Shown here piece after piece: positions 1 through 10,442 of a DNA stretch of 64,000 bases. Position 1 is the first letter of the stretch, and every line of letters begins with the position of its first letter. Source of the DNA: a virus. Made by a program: the position numbers and the translations under genes. Location of the stretch: the IMG/VR virus record IMGVR_UViG_3300003872_000001, positions 43,323-107,322 of that record; one strand, given 5' to 3'. The notes below the pieces were generated by a model. That model was not told the DNA's origin. It searched no databases and worked only from the letters and a program-made list of their open reading frames with translations.

Positions 1-606
1 AATTTAAGTGAATTAGCAAGTACACTATTGGTTAAATATCGAGGTGTTGATTCAGAAGAAGATAAAATTTATCTTGAAGCAGTAAATGAGTATCTTACAA
101 AGGCTGTTATGTTAGTAATTAAACTATGTTTAAACGAAACAGAAAAGATTAGTTCGTTTATGGACGATTATAAACTACTATTAGATACTTATGAAAATGC
201 ATTTATTAAGATGCCGGGTGTGGCTAAGCGATATAAATTTAGCTTAGAAAGCATCTTTACTGACCTGCAAGCATCTATGGATATATACAATATAATGAAT
301 GAGGATTTAGCAGAAGAGGAACCTACTACTTCTTTTAAAAATTTTAAAAGAGGTATCATAATAGACCCAGTTGTAATTATGGTTTTAAATACCAATTCAC
401 AGTTAGTAAAGGCAACAAATATACTTTCTGTATTTAAAGATATGGAAGGAGTTAAAGCTATACGTGAAGATGTACTACCTACATTACATCGCTTAATAGA
501 TCAAGCATATGAAACTGGTTATACTAAATTGGTCCTGATCGTAGGTGATGCTACTTTCATTGTTAAACGAACAGTATCAGACTACTTCACTATAAGTAAA
601 CTATGA
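1..606 (+). CDS. Hypothetical protein, 5'-truncated at the window edge
   Basis: Frame is open from base 1 to TGA at 604-606 and is followed by a palindromic terminator. Confidence 0.6.
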   Translation, partial: NLSELASTLLVKYRGVDSEEDKIYLEAVNEYLTKAVMLVIKLCLNETEKISSFMDDYKLLLDTYENAFIKMPGVAKRYKFSLESIFTDLQASMDIYNIMNEDLAEEEPTTSFKNFKRGIIIDPVVIMVLNTNSQLVKATNILSVFKDMEGVKAIREDVLPTLHRLIDQAYETGYTKLVLIVGDATFIVKRTVSDYFTISKL

Positions 607-608
607 TA

Positions 609-640
609 TATCACTAGTAGCATATTAGCTACTAGTGATA
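609..640. terminator. Bidirectional intrinsic terminator (CACTAGTAGC family)
   Basis: tatcactagtagc-atatta-gctactagtgata inverted repeat between convergent genes. Confidence 0.75.
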
Positions 641-724
641 ATTTAAGCAACTATTAAGAAGAAGTTTTTTTATTTTTTTAAAAAATTAATAGCTGTAAGC
701 GTATATACATCTAAACAAATACCG

Positions 725-3334
725 TTAAACCGTGAGATCATCTTCTGTATCGCCGCTATCATCACCTGTGTCACCATCACCACTATCACCGGTATCTGTA
801 TTGTCATCATCACTAGCATCACCAGCATCAGTAGTATCATCCGGAATATCACCTTCAGGATCTCCTTCATCTTCTCCGCCGGTATTGTCCTCATTGGTAT
901 CATCTGCTGTGCCATCTCCTTCCTCATCAATTTTATCTAATTTCTTATTTACGTCTTTAACAAATTTACCTGTCTTCTTAAAGAATGGTATAAGTAGTTC
1001 ACTAAGAATACTAGTGTAATCTTGATATTCATCTAATAAATCAAATTTAATTTTACCTTCTTCATTCCTGGTCATAAACTCAGTTATTTCAGGAAAATAG
1101 TTATTATCAACCATCCATTTCTTAATTAATATAGTTTTCATAACTACTTTAATACCATCTATCTTACCGCTCATATCACCTATAAGTTCATCTGGCAAAG
1201 CGTCACTGCTCATAACTAAATCTAGATAGTCATCTAGTGCACTACTATAGTCCCCGAATAGATCTTTCACATTAGTATTATCAGTAACTTCTGGTTTAGG
1301 TAAACTAACATTTAAATTATCGATATATTCTTTGGTAAGATAGTCCACAATAATATCTTTTTTATTTTCCAATCCTAATTGAGCTATATCTGATTTAAAA
1401 TTTTTTATTAGTTTGGTGTAGTTACTCTCTATCAAACCTTTTATTTTATTATAAATTCTAGGATCATTATAAATAATCTTTCTAGTATAAGATTGAACTT
1501 GTGGTATCAATATATTTTGTAACTGCATAACACGCTTAGACAGTAATATATTCTTTGCAACTACTGTTGTAGCGAAATCTGGATCGTATCCACTTTTAAC
1601 TAATTCTTGTGTTAAACCAAATGACATAATAATATGTTCTTGTATCATATTATCTAATTCGTCATCTGGGATTACTTTACTTGTATTAGTGTCTGTAGTT
1701 GTTATATCCATAGCTGGTAGACGTGGGTGTTTAAATTTAAACACAAAACCTACCTTATGTGCCCAATCAACTAGGTCGTCGATTTTAGTAACTCCTAGAG
1801 GCAATTGTGTTTGTCTAGTTTTCATAGCTTCAGAAATTATTTTTTCTTTAGTACCATCTGGATCGATATCATCGTCATCCAACTCAGCAGAAACTTCAGT
1901 AGTAGTGGTACTATTTTTTATATTCGCCATTAGTTTAGTAAATAGAATAATACTTCTTATACTAAATAGCATAGTTACTTTTTCCAGCATGCTTTTACCA
2001 GTACCATTATCTCTATAATCAAATGCGAAATATTCTAATAGTTGTTTTGGAATATATAATAATTTAGTTTTCTTACCATCTAAAGCACGGAATAACATAG
2101 TTTCATATATATCGTCAGCATCACTTAAAGTAGCTAATGATCCATACACTCCAGTTTCTAATCGTTTTTTAAGTTTATTTTCAATTAGAGTATTATAAAT
2201 TTTTTTAATATCTTTTAATTTAGGATCTTTCTTTATAATACCTTTTAAAGCTTTTTGTGTCTTCTTTATAATATCCAATTTATTATCAGTACTACCACTA
2301 TTTAGAGATCCATTTAACACTTCAGTATTAGATAAAGCTTTCTGTGTATTTTTTAGAGGAGCACCATTATCGTCAAGCATAATAAAATATCCCAAATGAT
2401 CAGTATTATCATTAACACTATGCACCGGGATAATAGATTCAGGAGATAATTTAAGTATAAGTGGTTTACCTACATTTTCTCTAATAGTTTCATCAGAAGT
2501 TTTAACTTCAAGATAAGTAGCCTCTTTATATGAAGTTGTTCTAAATAGGCTATCCAGGCCCATTTTATTTTCCAATTTCTTCATTTTTTCTTTTACACTC
2601 ATATCGACATTTGCTTCTGTGCTAATATTAAATATATCATCGATTTTACTATTAACTTTACGCTTAAATACTTCATTTGCTACTAGACATGTATAGTCAT
2701 CTGTGATGTCCAATACATCATTTTCTAAATATTCTAATTTTATTTCTTCATTACCAAACGTATAAGATTCAGTGGATAATTTATCAGACGCACTACCTAA
2801 TAATCCTTTACTCTTTTCTGATTTTTGAATATATTTAGCCACATCCATATCTTCATGTGATGCATATATATCGCTGTTTATGATTTCATCTAATGCAGAT
2901 TCTGGTATGATGGCCTCGGCGTAACAACCTTTAGTAAATAATGCTTCTCTTATAATAGTTGGTAATTTAGCATTTATGTCATATTCTTTTAACATGAATG
3001 TTTCGATTTCATTTAGGATAGTATTATTTATATCTATTGGTATGTTCAATTCTGGCTTAACATATCTTAATTTACTTTCAAGCATGTCATTAGGTGCCAG
3101 TATACTAGAAGTTAATATTTGTATCGATAGCTCAACATCCGGAAATAATTGTGTGATATCTTCATTATTCTTGATTCTATCAAGTACACTATTTCCTATA
3201 TCACTAATATTACTAGCGTTATTACCCATATTGTAACCAGAACTTTTTCCTGGTTGTGTTAATTTACTGAATACAGCTTCAGCTTCAGCATTTTTCATAA
3301 TATACTTTGGTATTTTAGCAGTTGGTTTTTTCAT
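725..3334 (-). CDS. Portal protein, phiKZ gp129-like
   Basis: About 870 aa with QLFPDVELSIQILTSSILAPND and LSPESIIPVH motifs and an acidic tail, divergent from a gp128-like gene. Start moved to ATG at 3334 because of an upstream GGAG RBS. Confidence 0.75.
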   Translation of the reverse strand: MKKPTAKIPKYIMKNAEAEAVFSKLTQPGKSSGYNMGNNASNISDIGNSVLDRIKNNEDITQLFPDVELSIQILTSSILAPNDMLESKLRYVKPELNIPIDINNTILNEIETFMLKEYDINAKLPTIIREALFTKGCYAEAIIPESALDEIINSDIYASHEDMDVAKYIQKSEKSKGLLGSASDKLSTESYTFGNEEIKLEYLENDVLDITDDYTCLVANEVFKRKVNSKIDDIFNISTEANVDMSVKEKMKKLENKMGLDSLFRTTSYKEATYLEVKTSDETIRENVGKPLILKLSPESIIPVHSVNDNTDHLGYFIMLDDNGAPLKNTQKALSNTEVLNGSLNSGSTDNKLDIIKKTQKALKGIIKKDPKLKDIKKIYNTLIENKLKKRLETGVYGSLATLSDADDIYETMLFRALDGKKTKLLYIPKQLLEYFAFDYRDNGTGKSMLEKVTMLFSIRSIILFTKLMANIKNSTTTTEVSAELDDDDIDPDGTKEKIISEAMKTRQTQLPLGVTKIDDLVDWAHKVGFVFKFKHPRLPAMDITTTDTNTSKVIPDDELDNMIQEHIIMSFGLTQELVKSGYDPDFATTVVAKNILLSKRVMQLQNILIPQVQSYTRKIIYNDPRIYNKIKGLIESNYTKLIKNFKSDIAQLGLENKKDIIVDYLTKEYIDNLNVSLPKPEVTDNTNVKDLFGDYSSALDDYLDLVMSSDALPDELIGDMSGKIDGIKVVMKTILIKKWMVDNNYFPEITEFMTRNEEGKIKFDLLDEYQDYTSILSELLIPFFKKTGKFVKDVNKKLDKIDEEGDGTADDTNEDNTGGEDEGDPEGDIPDDTTDAGDASDDDNTDTGDSGDGDTGDDSGDTEDDLTV

Positions 3335-3364
3335 TATAGCTCCATTCATTTTAAGGATATTCAT

Positions 3365-5878
3365 ATGTATACATTACAGCAATACGTAGATGACAATATA
3401 GTATTGGCCAAATCTATGGTCATAAAATTAACCGATATAGGTGAGCAAATAAACAATAGTTTAAAAGCTTTATTCAATATAGATATACCCTCAGATAAAC
3501 ATGACTGGAAATATTTTTTAAACCTTTCTGGTCAGCCACATTCTACTAATAGTAGAGATATTAAAATAAACATATTAGAACTAAATCAGATAAGACCATT
3601 TAATATAGACACATTAGATAAATACCCAGACACAAGAGCTTCTCTTACAGGATTTAGTAACTATTATAATGAATTAATATATAAGTATCCTAATGATATA
3701 GCATATATAAATGGTTGTATAAACCCTGTTAATATCGATGTAGCTATATCAGCCCCAGAAGGTACTATCTTAACTTATGATGATACACTTGTTGAGGAAC
3801 AAGAATTATCGATAATTAGGAAATTAGAAAAATTCATTATAGATTATCTTGCAAGATGGCATCTTAAAAATTATATGGTCTGCGATGAACTTTATATGTC
3901 ATCTATGTTAGCTACCTTATATGGTGCGATACCTAATAAGTTAATGAATATAAGATTAGCCAATGCTAGATCTAATGAAGCTCATAGCTTCCATGTAGAA
4001 CATTATTTTAGGTCAAATTTTAATTTATGGGATGATGTGCAAGTATTGAATAAAGAGTCACTCTGGTGGCTTTATAACAATCTAGATTACATCATCAAAC
4101 ATGGAGGTAGAGAGAGCACAACTGATCTTATATTAAATAAAATTTTTAATGTAAATAATATTGGCGTCGGCAGGATTATGTTAGGTTTCCAAGATGCTAC
4201 ACTTAAGAAATCTCCTACACTAGATGAATCAGTTTATAATAATTCTACTAGCAATATTATTTCTATAAAAGCAAATGACAGTTACTTTATGAACAATAAC
4301 AAAACTAGAAGTATTCAAACTTTTATAGACACACAATTAGCTAGTAAACAAATAACATCTGACTTATTTAAAAATGATCCATTTTACACTGATATATTTA
4401 AAGAAAAACTAAATGGTAAAAATGATGTATTAGAAAATACAAAAACATTTGATATTAATCCAGTAGTTTTATTAGATATATACGGATTAGATCTTTTTGA
4501 AACCATTGTTGATACATGGGCACATAAAGCTTATAATGACCAATATTTAGCTTTACAATATTTTACCGACCCTAACACTAACGCGAGGTATACTTTATCG
4601 CCTAAGCAAGGTTTCTTAGTATTGATTAAAATGATCGCTATGTTATATGGTGACACTAATACGACTATAGATGATTACTATTATAATAATGTGATATCAC
4701 CTTCTTATGATAAGTCTACATTAATAAATAATTTATTTACTACAGAAGATTTATCAGATATAGCAGACGTTATATTAGCTAATGTTCCTAATACAGTATT
4801 TATTTCCACTAACACTAAGTTTACTACTTATATTAATGATATATTAAAACTTTTTGTAACGGTTAAACTCATTGATTCTAATATAGAAGATTTATCCATT
4901 TCTACGGATATAAAAGCAATTGCAAATCGCTTAGCACAACGTGGAGTTATAAGTATATCCAAAGGTAAGACGATAGATGAATTACTAATGGCAGAAGGTA
5001 TAAATATAAGTATGCCTGGGATATACAATCCTAAGTTAACTATTGCTGAACTACTATTAGTCTTTACAGGTATGAATGTCGACATATATCAAAAGTTTAC
5101 AGATATTAATGACCACTATATATCAATATTCAATAAGTTAACATCTTATACAACACAGATAAATTATACGTCAGATGGTGCTAAATCGTTATATTCTGAA
5201 TATACTACTATGTCTGTTAACCATATCACTAAAGGTGTGATAACAACTGAAGCAGCACATGGCTTCCCGTTGGAACAAGAAAAAACTATAGTTAAAGGTA
5301 TGGGTAATAACTTTAAAGATAGGTTAGATGGGTTCATACTAGATAATACAGATAATATATTTGTATATGATGTATGTGGGATAACCGGCATATGTGAAAT
5401 ATATTCTATGCAAAAGGATATACTGGCAGAAGTAACTCAGCCTAATGTTTATGTGGAAGTACTTAGAAATTGTATACCGTATTATAGCCCTAGTGTTGAT
5501 GTTGAGTCTAATACATTTAAAGAAGAAATATCTTATAAATGGATAGATAATACAGAAGGATTACACTATGCTAATTGCAAAATAGGAGGGTTAGTAATTA
5601 TTGATCAGCAACAGAAAAATTTAGTAGGCAATGTAACAGAACCTAATGTAATAGGTGAAGTTCTACAAGAATGTATACCGTATTATAGTCCAGAGATAGT
5701 ATCTGCAGCTAACGACTTTAAAGACAGTACCCATGGAAAAATAGTTAATACTAATACTATTAAAAATGTATCTAAAGTTGTTATAGATCCAGTTATAGCG
5801 TATACAGGAGATAATACTACAAATCAACCTACAGGAAATGCTACTGTGCCTAATATAATTGCTCAAATAGATATTTAA
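3365..5878 (+). CDS. Virion structural protein, phiKZ gp128-like
   Basis: N-terminal LAKSMVIK...WKYFLNLSGQPH motif, divergent from the portal, AAGGA RBS. Confidence 0.6.
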   Translation: MYTLQQYVDDNIVLAKSMVIKLTDIGEQINNSLKALFNIDIPSDKHDWKYFLNLSGQPHSTNSRDIKINILELNQIRPFNIDTLDKYPDTRASLTGFSNYYNELIYKYPNDIAYINGCINPVNIDVAISAPEGTILTYDDTLVEEQELSIIRKLEKFIIDYLARWHLKNYMVCDELYMSSMLATLYGAIPNKLMNIRLANARSNEAHSFHVEHYFRSNFNLWDDVQVLNKESLWWLYNNLDYIIKHGGRESTTDLILNKIFNVNNIGVGRIMLGFQDATLKKSPTLDESVYNNSTSNIISIKANDSYFMNNNKTRSIQTFIDTQLASKQITSDLFKNDPFYTDIFKEKLNGKNDVLENTKTFDINPVVLLDIYGLDLFETIVDTWAHKAYNDQYLALQYFTDPNTNARYTLSPKQGFLVLIKMIAMLYGDTNTTIDDYYYNNVISPSYDKSTLINNLFTTEDLSDIADVILANVPNTVFISTNTKFTTYINDILKLFVTVKLIDSNIEDLSISTDIKAIANRLAQRGVISISKGKTIDELLMAEGINISMPGIYNPKLTIAELLLVFTGMNVDIYQKFTDINDHYISIFNKLTSYTTQINYTSDGAKSLYSEYTTMSVNHITKGVITTEAAHGFPLEQEKTIVKGMGNNFKDRLDGFILDNTDNIFVYDVCGITGICEIYSMQKDILAEVTQPNVYVEVLRNCIPYYSPSVDVESNTFKEEISYKWIDNTEGLHYANCKIGGLVIIDQQQKNLVGNVTEPNVIGEVLQECIPYYSPEIVSAANDFKDSTHGKIVNTNTIKNVSKVVIDPVIAYTGDNTTNQPTGNATVPNIIAQIDI

Positions 5879-5880
5879 CA

Positions 5881-5916
5881 TAACTACTATTAGCCACATA
5901 TGGCTAATAGTAGTTA
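5881..5916. terminator. Bidirectional terminator
   Basis: taactactattagcca-cata-tggctaatagtagtta perfect inverted repeat between convergent genes. Confidence 0.75.
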
Positions 5917-6570
5917 AAGATTACTTCGTATCATCATAGCATGTAACATAGCTTTTACAGTATTAGTAGAAACTACACCAGTAGCATAGTTTGCTAGTAC
6001 TTTTTGACTAACAGAACCTTGGCTTATTAACAATTTAGTCATAGCATCTTTACTGCCTAAATCACCACCACGATCTTTCATAAGTTCTTGAGCACTCTCT
6101 TTAATACCCATACCAACTAATATTTGTAATTCAGGTAAAGTTAATTTGCTAGCTTTACTTTCTCCAGTAACTTGACCAGTTAATAGATCTATTGTTTTAT
6201 CATCCTTAGGAATAGATATTTTTTTAGTTAAGATTTGGCTAGCACGTCTTGTTGCTATATTAAGAACTAAATATTTATTTGGTGTAATGTAAGGATGTTT
6301 TTTAGCAAATCGTAAACGTTGAAATACTGGCTCACCTAACTCCTCTACTATTTTCATACATTTTTTAGTGTCTAATTTAATATCAGATCCATTAGGTGCA
6401 ACGACAGATAATTTAATTTTTCTATCTCTTAGATCTCTCATAAAGTTATCAAAATCTTTATTAGACATATTTTTAAATATAAGATCTTTATATAGTTTCT
6501 TATTCTTGGTACCAGCTATCTTTTCTATATAAGTAAGTATAGTTTGTTCAGCTTTTTTTCTATCGGCCAT
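5914..6570 (-). CDS. Virion RNA polymerase beta C-terminal subunit, phiKZ gp149-like
   Basis: RRASQILTKKISIP...DLLTGQVTGESKASKLTLPELQIL resembles the beta C-terminal switch region; 218 aa. Confidence 0.75.
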   Translation of the reverse strand: MADRKKAEQTILTYIEKIAGTKNKKLYKDLIFKNMSNKDFDNFMRDLRDRKIKLSVVAPNGSDIKLDTKKCMKIVEELGEPVFQRLRFAKKHPYITPNKYLVLNIATRRASQILTKKISIPKDDKTIDLLTGQVTGESKASKLTLPELQILVGMGIKESAQELMKDRGGDLGSKDAMTKLLISQGSVSQKVLANYATGVVSTNTVKAMLHAMMIRSNL

Positions 6571-6612
6571 TGGGATTCCTTATATATGATGTAATATATT
6601 ACATCATATGAT

Positions 6613-7386
6613 TTAAAACATTATTGGTATACATATATTGGTAGGTGTCTTAATACCTAAGTATTTTACACGATATGTTTCACGATCAGACTGAGTTATC
6701 GTATATGTTGGAATAGGACTAGGTGTAGTGAATACGTCCTTAGGAGTACCAAGATTTAATAAACCAGCTAATTGATTCTTCTTATCTAAAACACCTACTT
6801 CTGGGGAATCTACAATTGTTTTCCATACATTATTACTACCATTACTTGCTAGTCCGTGCATAGTTACAACTTGGTGTTTATTAGATATGTCCTCTTTAAC
6901 TGTAGGTAATTTAAATATAGTTTCTAAAGGAAGAACGGCATCACTTGCTTCTTCATTCATAATACTACCACCACCAACTCTATAACCCCACACATCATAA
7001 CTATTACCCTTTAAGTTTTGATCTATATATTCAAGTTCAGGTATGAGTATAATATCCATATACACTTTATCATAATATGCACGCATATAGTTATTAGTAA
7101 CAGATGATGTAAATGATGTTAGAAATATAAATCTGTAATCTTTATTCTTTTTATAATAATTAGTATCAACAATGGTATTATTAGCGTCTTTACGACTTAA
7201 AACTAAAGGTGAATAAGTACTTGTTTTTACTTCTCTTCTGCTTATTAATGTATCACTAATGCTCATTAACGGTAAGGTCTCTTTAATAGTGATAACTAAG
7301 TTATTTCCTGTTAACGTTTGTTTTTTGCTTTCACTAACAGCTAACTCTACTTTACGTGTCTGAAAGTCTGGTTTTTTATATATCAT
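6613..7386 (-). CDS. Hypothetical protein
   Basis: 257-aa ORF with AAGGA RBS in a minus-strand operon. Confidence 0.55.
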   Translation of the reverse strand: MIYKKPDFQTRKVELAVSESKKQTLTGNNLVITIKETLPLMSISDTLISRREVKTSTYSPLVLSRKDANNTIVDTNYYKKNKDYRFIFLTSFTSSVTNNYMRAYYDKVYMDIILIPELEYIDQNLKGNSYDVWGYRVGGGSIMNEEASDAVLPLETIFKLPTVKEDISNKHQVVTMHGLASNGSNNVWKTIVDSPEVGVLDKKNQLAGLLNLGTPKDVFTTPSPIPTYTITQSDRETYRVKYLGIKTPTNICIPIMF

Positions 7387-7405
7387 CTATTTATCCTTCA
7401 ATTTT

Positions 7406-7798
7406 TTAAATATCAAGAAAAATGTTATTAGTTATAAAGTATGGTAAAACTATTTCTTTCATAAGAGTAACCCAGTCTTCAATGTAACCATCATTTGCAA
7501 TAAACGGCAATACGTTATTTATAATATTACCACTAACACTTCTGTACACTAATAACTCGGTTATAAATAATCTATTTATAATTATCCTCTGCACTACTTG
7601 GTTCTTATTATAGATTGATTTAATATCAGGATTATTCAAAAACTTTTTACTGTGGTCTTTATTAGTAGTTGCTATATGGTCAGCTATTAGCTTAACCAAA
7701 TTAATATCTCCCGATGCTCTGGGTTCATTATATAAATCCATAACATTAACTATTGGTATTGGTTTTTCTTTCTTTTTTGTAACTTTATTAACACTCAT
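7406..7798 (-). CDS. Hypothetical protein
   Basis: 130-aa ORF with GGAG RBS, overlapping the upstream gene. Confidence 0.55.
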   Translation of the reverse strand: MSVNKVTKKKEKPIPIVNVMDLYNEPRASGDINLVKLIADHIATTNKDHSKKFLNNPDIKSIYNKNQVVQRIIINRLFITELLVYRSVSGNIINNVLPFIANDGYIEDWVTLMKEIVLPYFITNNIFLDI

Positions 7799-8114
7799 AA
7801 GTATCTCCTAATTTAGTATTTTCTTTTAGCCAATTGAAATGTCTAATAACTTCAAAATTCTTATGCTTAGCGGCTATCTCATGCATAATAGTTATTATAT
7901 TTTTATATTTAGCATCGGTAGCTAATTTATTAACTACTTTAATTTCTGCACTCTGTATTAAAGGTCTAGTAGTTTCGGTTTGTGTCACACCACTCATGTG
8001 AAAACATAGTCTTTCTAAATAGTAAAAGTAAGTCTCTATTAAGGTATCATCCTTAACATTTAAATTGAATTTTAACCATTCCGGATCCATTGTACACCAA
8101 TTCTTAAGCTTCAT
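7788..8114 (-). CDS. Hypothetical protein (about 108 aa, MKLKNW...)
   Basis: Start shifted to ATG at 8114, directly after the dUTPase stop. The longer ORF-track start overlaps the dUTPase. Confidence 0.5.
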   Translation of the reverse strand: MKLKNWCTMDPEWLKFNLNVKDDTLIETYFYYLERLCFHMSGVTQTETTRPLIQSAEIKVVNKLATDAKYKNIITIMHEIAAKHKNFEVIRHFNWLKENTKLGDTYEC

Positions 8115-8115
8115 T

Positions 8116-8811
8116 CTATTTACCTTGACAATCTTGATCTTGAAAATCTTTATTTGCAATATAATATTTATCATACTCTGCATATAGCTCGTCAAATGAT
8201 AAATCATTATTATTAGAAAATATTCTACAAATATGAACATTATCTTCCTCACCATTTATCACTTTCATATAAGTTCCATCTTTATAACCGTTATCTTGTC
8301 TAAATATATTAAGTACATTCTTAATGACGTATAAAGTGTATAATTCATCTATATCCATATGTATACTATTCATAACTTTAGCAAAATTAAATATTAATGT
8401 TCCTATACTGTATGGTCTAATAAAAGTTACCTCAAGAAGACCTTCTAAGCATTCTACAGTTTCTAAATAATCTAGCGGACCAGTTTTCTTTTCAATATGT
8501 TCAGATAATAAATCAGAGCACATCTCTTCAGTTATATTTGTACCTGCTATCTCAATACCCCTACTCATAATGAAATGCCAAATATCAACAACTTCTATTT
8601 TAAGATTATCCCAATCTACAGCACCATCTAAATTCTTCCAATGCTTATAAGTATCGCTACTGTCTATGGCCTCAGCTATTTCTTGTCTAATATATCTTAA
8701 CCATGTTATTTTTCTACCATTAGTAGTTCTACCTTCAGGCCAATTTTTACCACATGTTTTAACATTAAGTGCATCTTGTAATGCAACCATTTCTCCTATT
8801 TTAGAATTCAT
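8116..8811 (-). CDS. dut: Dimeric all-alpha dUTPase (Campylobacter/trypanosomatid type)
   Basis: Motifs EIAEAIDS, YKHWK, NLKIEVVDIWHFIMS and KNVLNIFRQDNGYKDGTY.K..NGEEDN. Confidence 0.9.
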   Translation of the reverse strand: MNSKIGEMVALQDALNVKTCGKNWPEGRTTNGRKITWLRYIRQEIAEAIDSSDTYKHWKNLDGAVDWDNLKIEVVDIWHFIMSRGIEIAGTNITEEMCSDLLSEHIEKKTGPLDYLETVECLEGLLEVTFIRPYSIGTLIFNFAKVMNSIHMDIDELYTLYVIKNVLNIFRQDNGYKDGTYMKVINGEEDNVHICRIFSNNNDLSFDELYAEYDKYYIANKDFQDQDCQGK

Positions 8812-8812
8812 C

Positions 8813-10273
8813 TTATTTATCCTTTTTTGTTATATTTAATTTTTTTCGTAGATCTTCTGGGTACCAATAAGGTATATACTCACCTTTTCTCATTTTAAGT
8901 AAATCTATAGTACTTAAGAAAGGTATAACATTTTTATCATATTGATTAGGTATCCAAAATCCTCTAGTGTTTAATAATAAATCCCAATCATAACCCATAG
9001 TTTTAAGATCGTCATATAGTTCCTTAGGAGTACATAATAATCCATTTTCACGATATAAAGGTTTAAATACACTTAATTGTAACATTTCACTAGTAATGTT
9101 AATAGCCCTTCTTAGACTACTATCTTCTTCAGTTTTTTTTCTAATTGTTGTCCTGCCTAAGTTAACTTCAGGATATATATCTAAATGATAATGAACTAAG
9201 CTACCATCTATACCATATCTATTATTACTTTTAATATAATGGAATTCAGTCAAACTAGGTAATACACCCTCATTTTGGCTAACTACTAATTCAATAGTAA
9301 ATCCACTAGCGCCACCTTTATTCCTAAGAGCAGTAAGCTTAACAATATTCAATTCTGTTTCACTAGCATCATCTTTAGATCTAGGATATTCTGGTAGTCT
9401 AGTAGATTGATTTTTTAATACTCTAGCTGTATGAGCATACCATGCTATGTTAGTTAAGAAGAAAAATTTAGGACCAACTCCTTTAATAGCATCATCCTGC
9501 TTCAGATATTGTAATTTTTTAGTGGGTTGATTATACATAGCTGGGCCGCTAGCCATATTAATCTTTTCACCAATATGTGCTGTTGTTAAAAAACATATAT
9601 TAGCTTTATTCCCTAATGTAGGAATACTACTTAGAAACTTAGTTTTAAATAAACCTTGTTTCATAAACGCAGTATTAGTTTTACTATCATCTATATCTTT
9701 ACTCATAAGCGAGCTTGTGGAACCTGGTTCAAATTCAGTAAGACTATCTATTTCAGCAAATGTGGGTATAATCAATTCTAATGGTTTTTTTGTATACGGG
9801 TCTCTGAATGCTGTAAAAATCATTCTAGTATTTTTAGATTTAGCTTTTTCATCTGCATATTTATTAATATCATTCACCCATTCATCTGCATTCTCTAAAG
9901 ATTTATCAGTTATATGCCAAAGTGCATTTTCTCCTAAGATTACACTATTCTCATCCATATTAACAAATGGTTTAGCTAGCATTGATAATCTGTCTAGAGA
10001 TACATTAACTTCGGTATCATATGTAGTCATAGCAGTTGGTGTGGAATATAATAGTTTATCAGCTGCTGACAACATTATATAGTGTGTTAAAGTGCTTTTA
10101 AATGAGTTACCTGTACCAACTACTGCCGACATGCCCCCAATACTTATACCACCATTAACCACGGTCTCCCCGTTTTTACCTATAACAAAATTTGCTGTTG
10201 GTATATCCATTAGAGCACCTATATTAATAGACACCTTAGGTAATGTCCTTGTTTTAGTATTAAATTTTAACAT
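8813..10273 (-). CDS. uvsX: RecA/UvsX-like recombinase, phiKZ gp152-like
   Basis: INIGALMDIPT, Walker A GTGNSFKST, YDTE, EIDSLT, LRNKGGASG. Confidence 0.8.
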   Translation of the reverse strand: MLKFNTKTRTLPKVSINIGALMDIPTANFVIGKNGETVVNGGISIGGMSAVVGTGNSFKSTLTHYIMLSAADKLLYSTPTAMTTYDTEVNVSLDRLSMLAKPFVNMDENSVILGENALWHITDKSLENADEWVNDINKYADEKAKSKNTRMIFTAFRDPYTKKPLELIIPTFAEIDSLTEFEPGSTSSLMSKDIDDSKTNTAFMKQGLFKTKFLSSIPTLGNKANICFLTTAHIGEKINMASGPAMYNQPTKKLQYLKQDDAIKGVGPKFFFLTNIAWYAHTARVLKNQSTRLPEYPRSKDDASETELNIVKLTALRNKGGASGFTIELVVSQNEGVLPSLTEFHYIKSNNRYGIDGSLVHYHLDIYPEVNLGRTTIRKKTEEDSSLRRAINITSEMLQLSVFKPLYRENGLLCTPKELYDDLKTMGYDWDLLLNTRGFWIPNQYDKNVIPFLSTIDLLKMRKGEYIPYWYPEDLRKKLNITKKDK

Positions 10274-10442
10274 TTATATTCCTTTAATTTATTTCATCAA
10301 GTAATACATGTATAGTATAAATTATTTGTAATTTAACGAAAGCTAATTTATTCTAGTTTAGTATTATATGATAATATTTAATTTTAATTCTATTTCATTT
10401 AACATATGGAGTTAAAAAATAATACACACAAAAGGAAACAAA

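Noticed and set aside
8813-10273. Intein in the long RecA-like protein
   Set aside because: No C/S...HN splice motifs or LAGLIDADG blocks; the length is normal for phiKZ-like UvsX.
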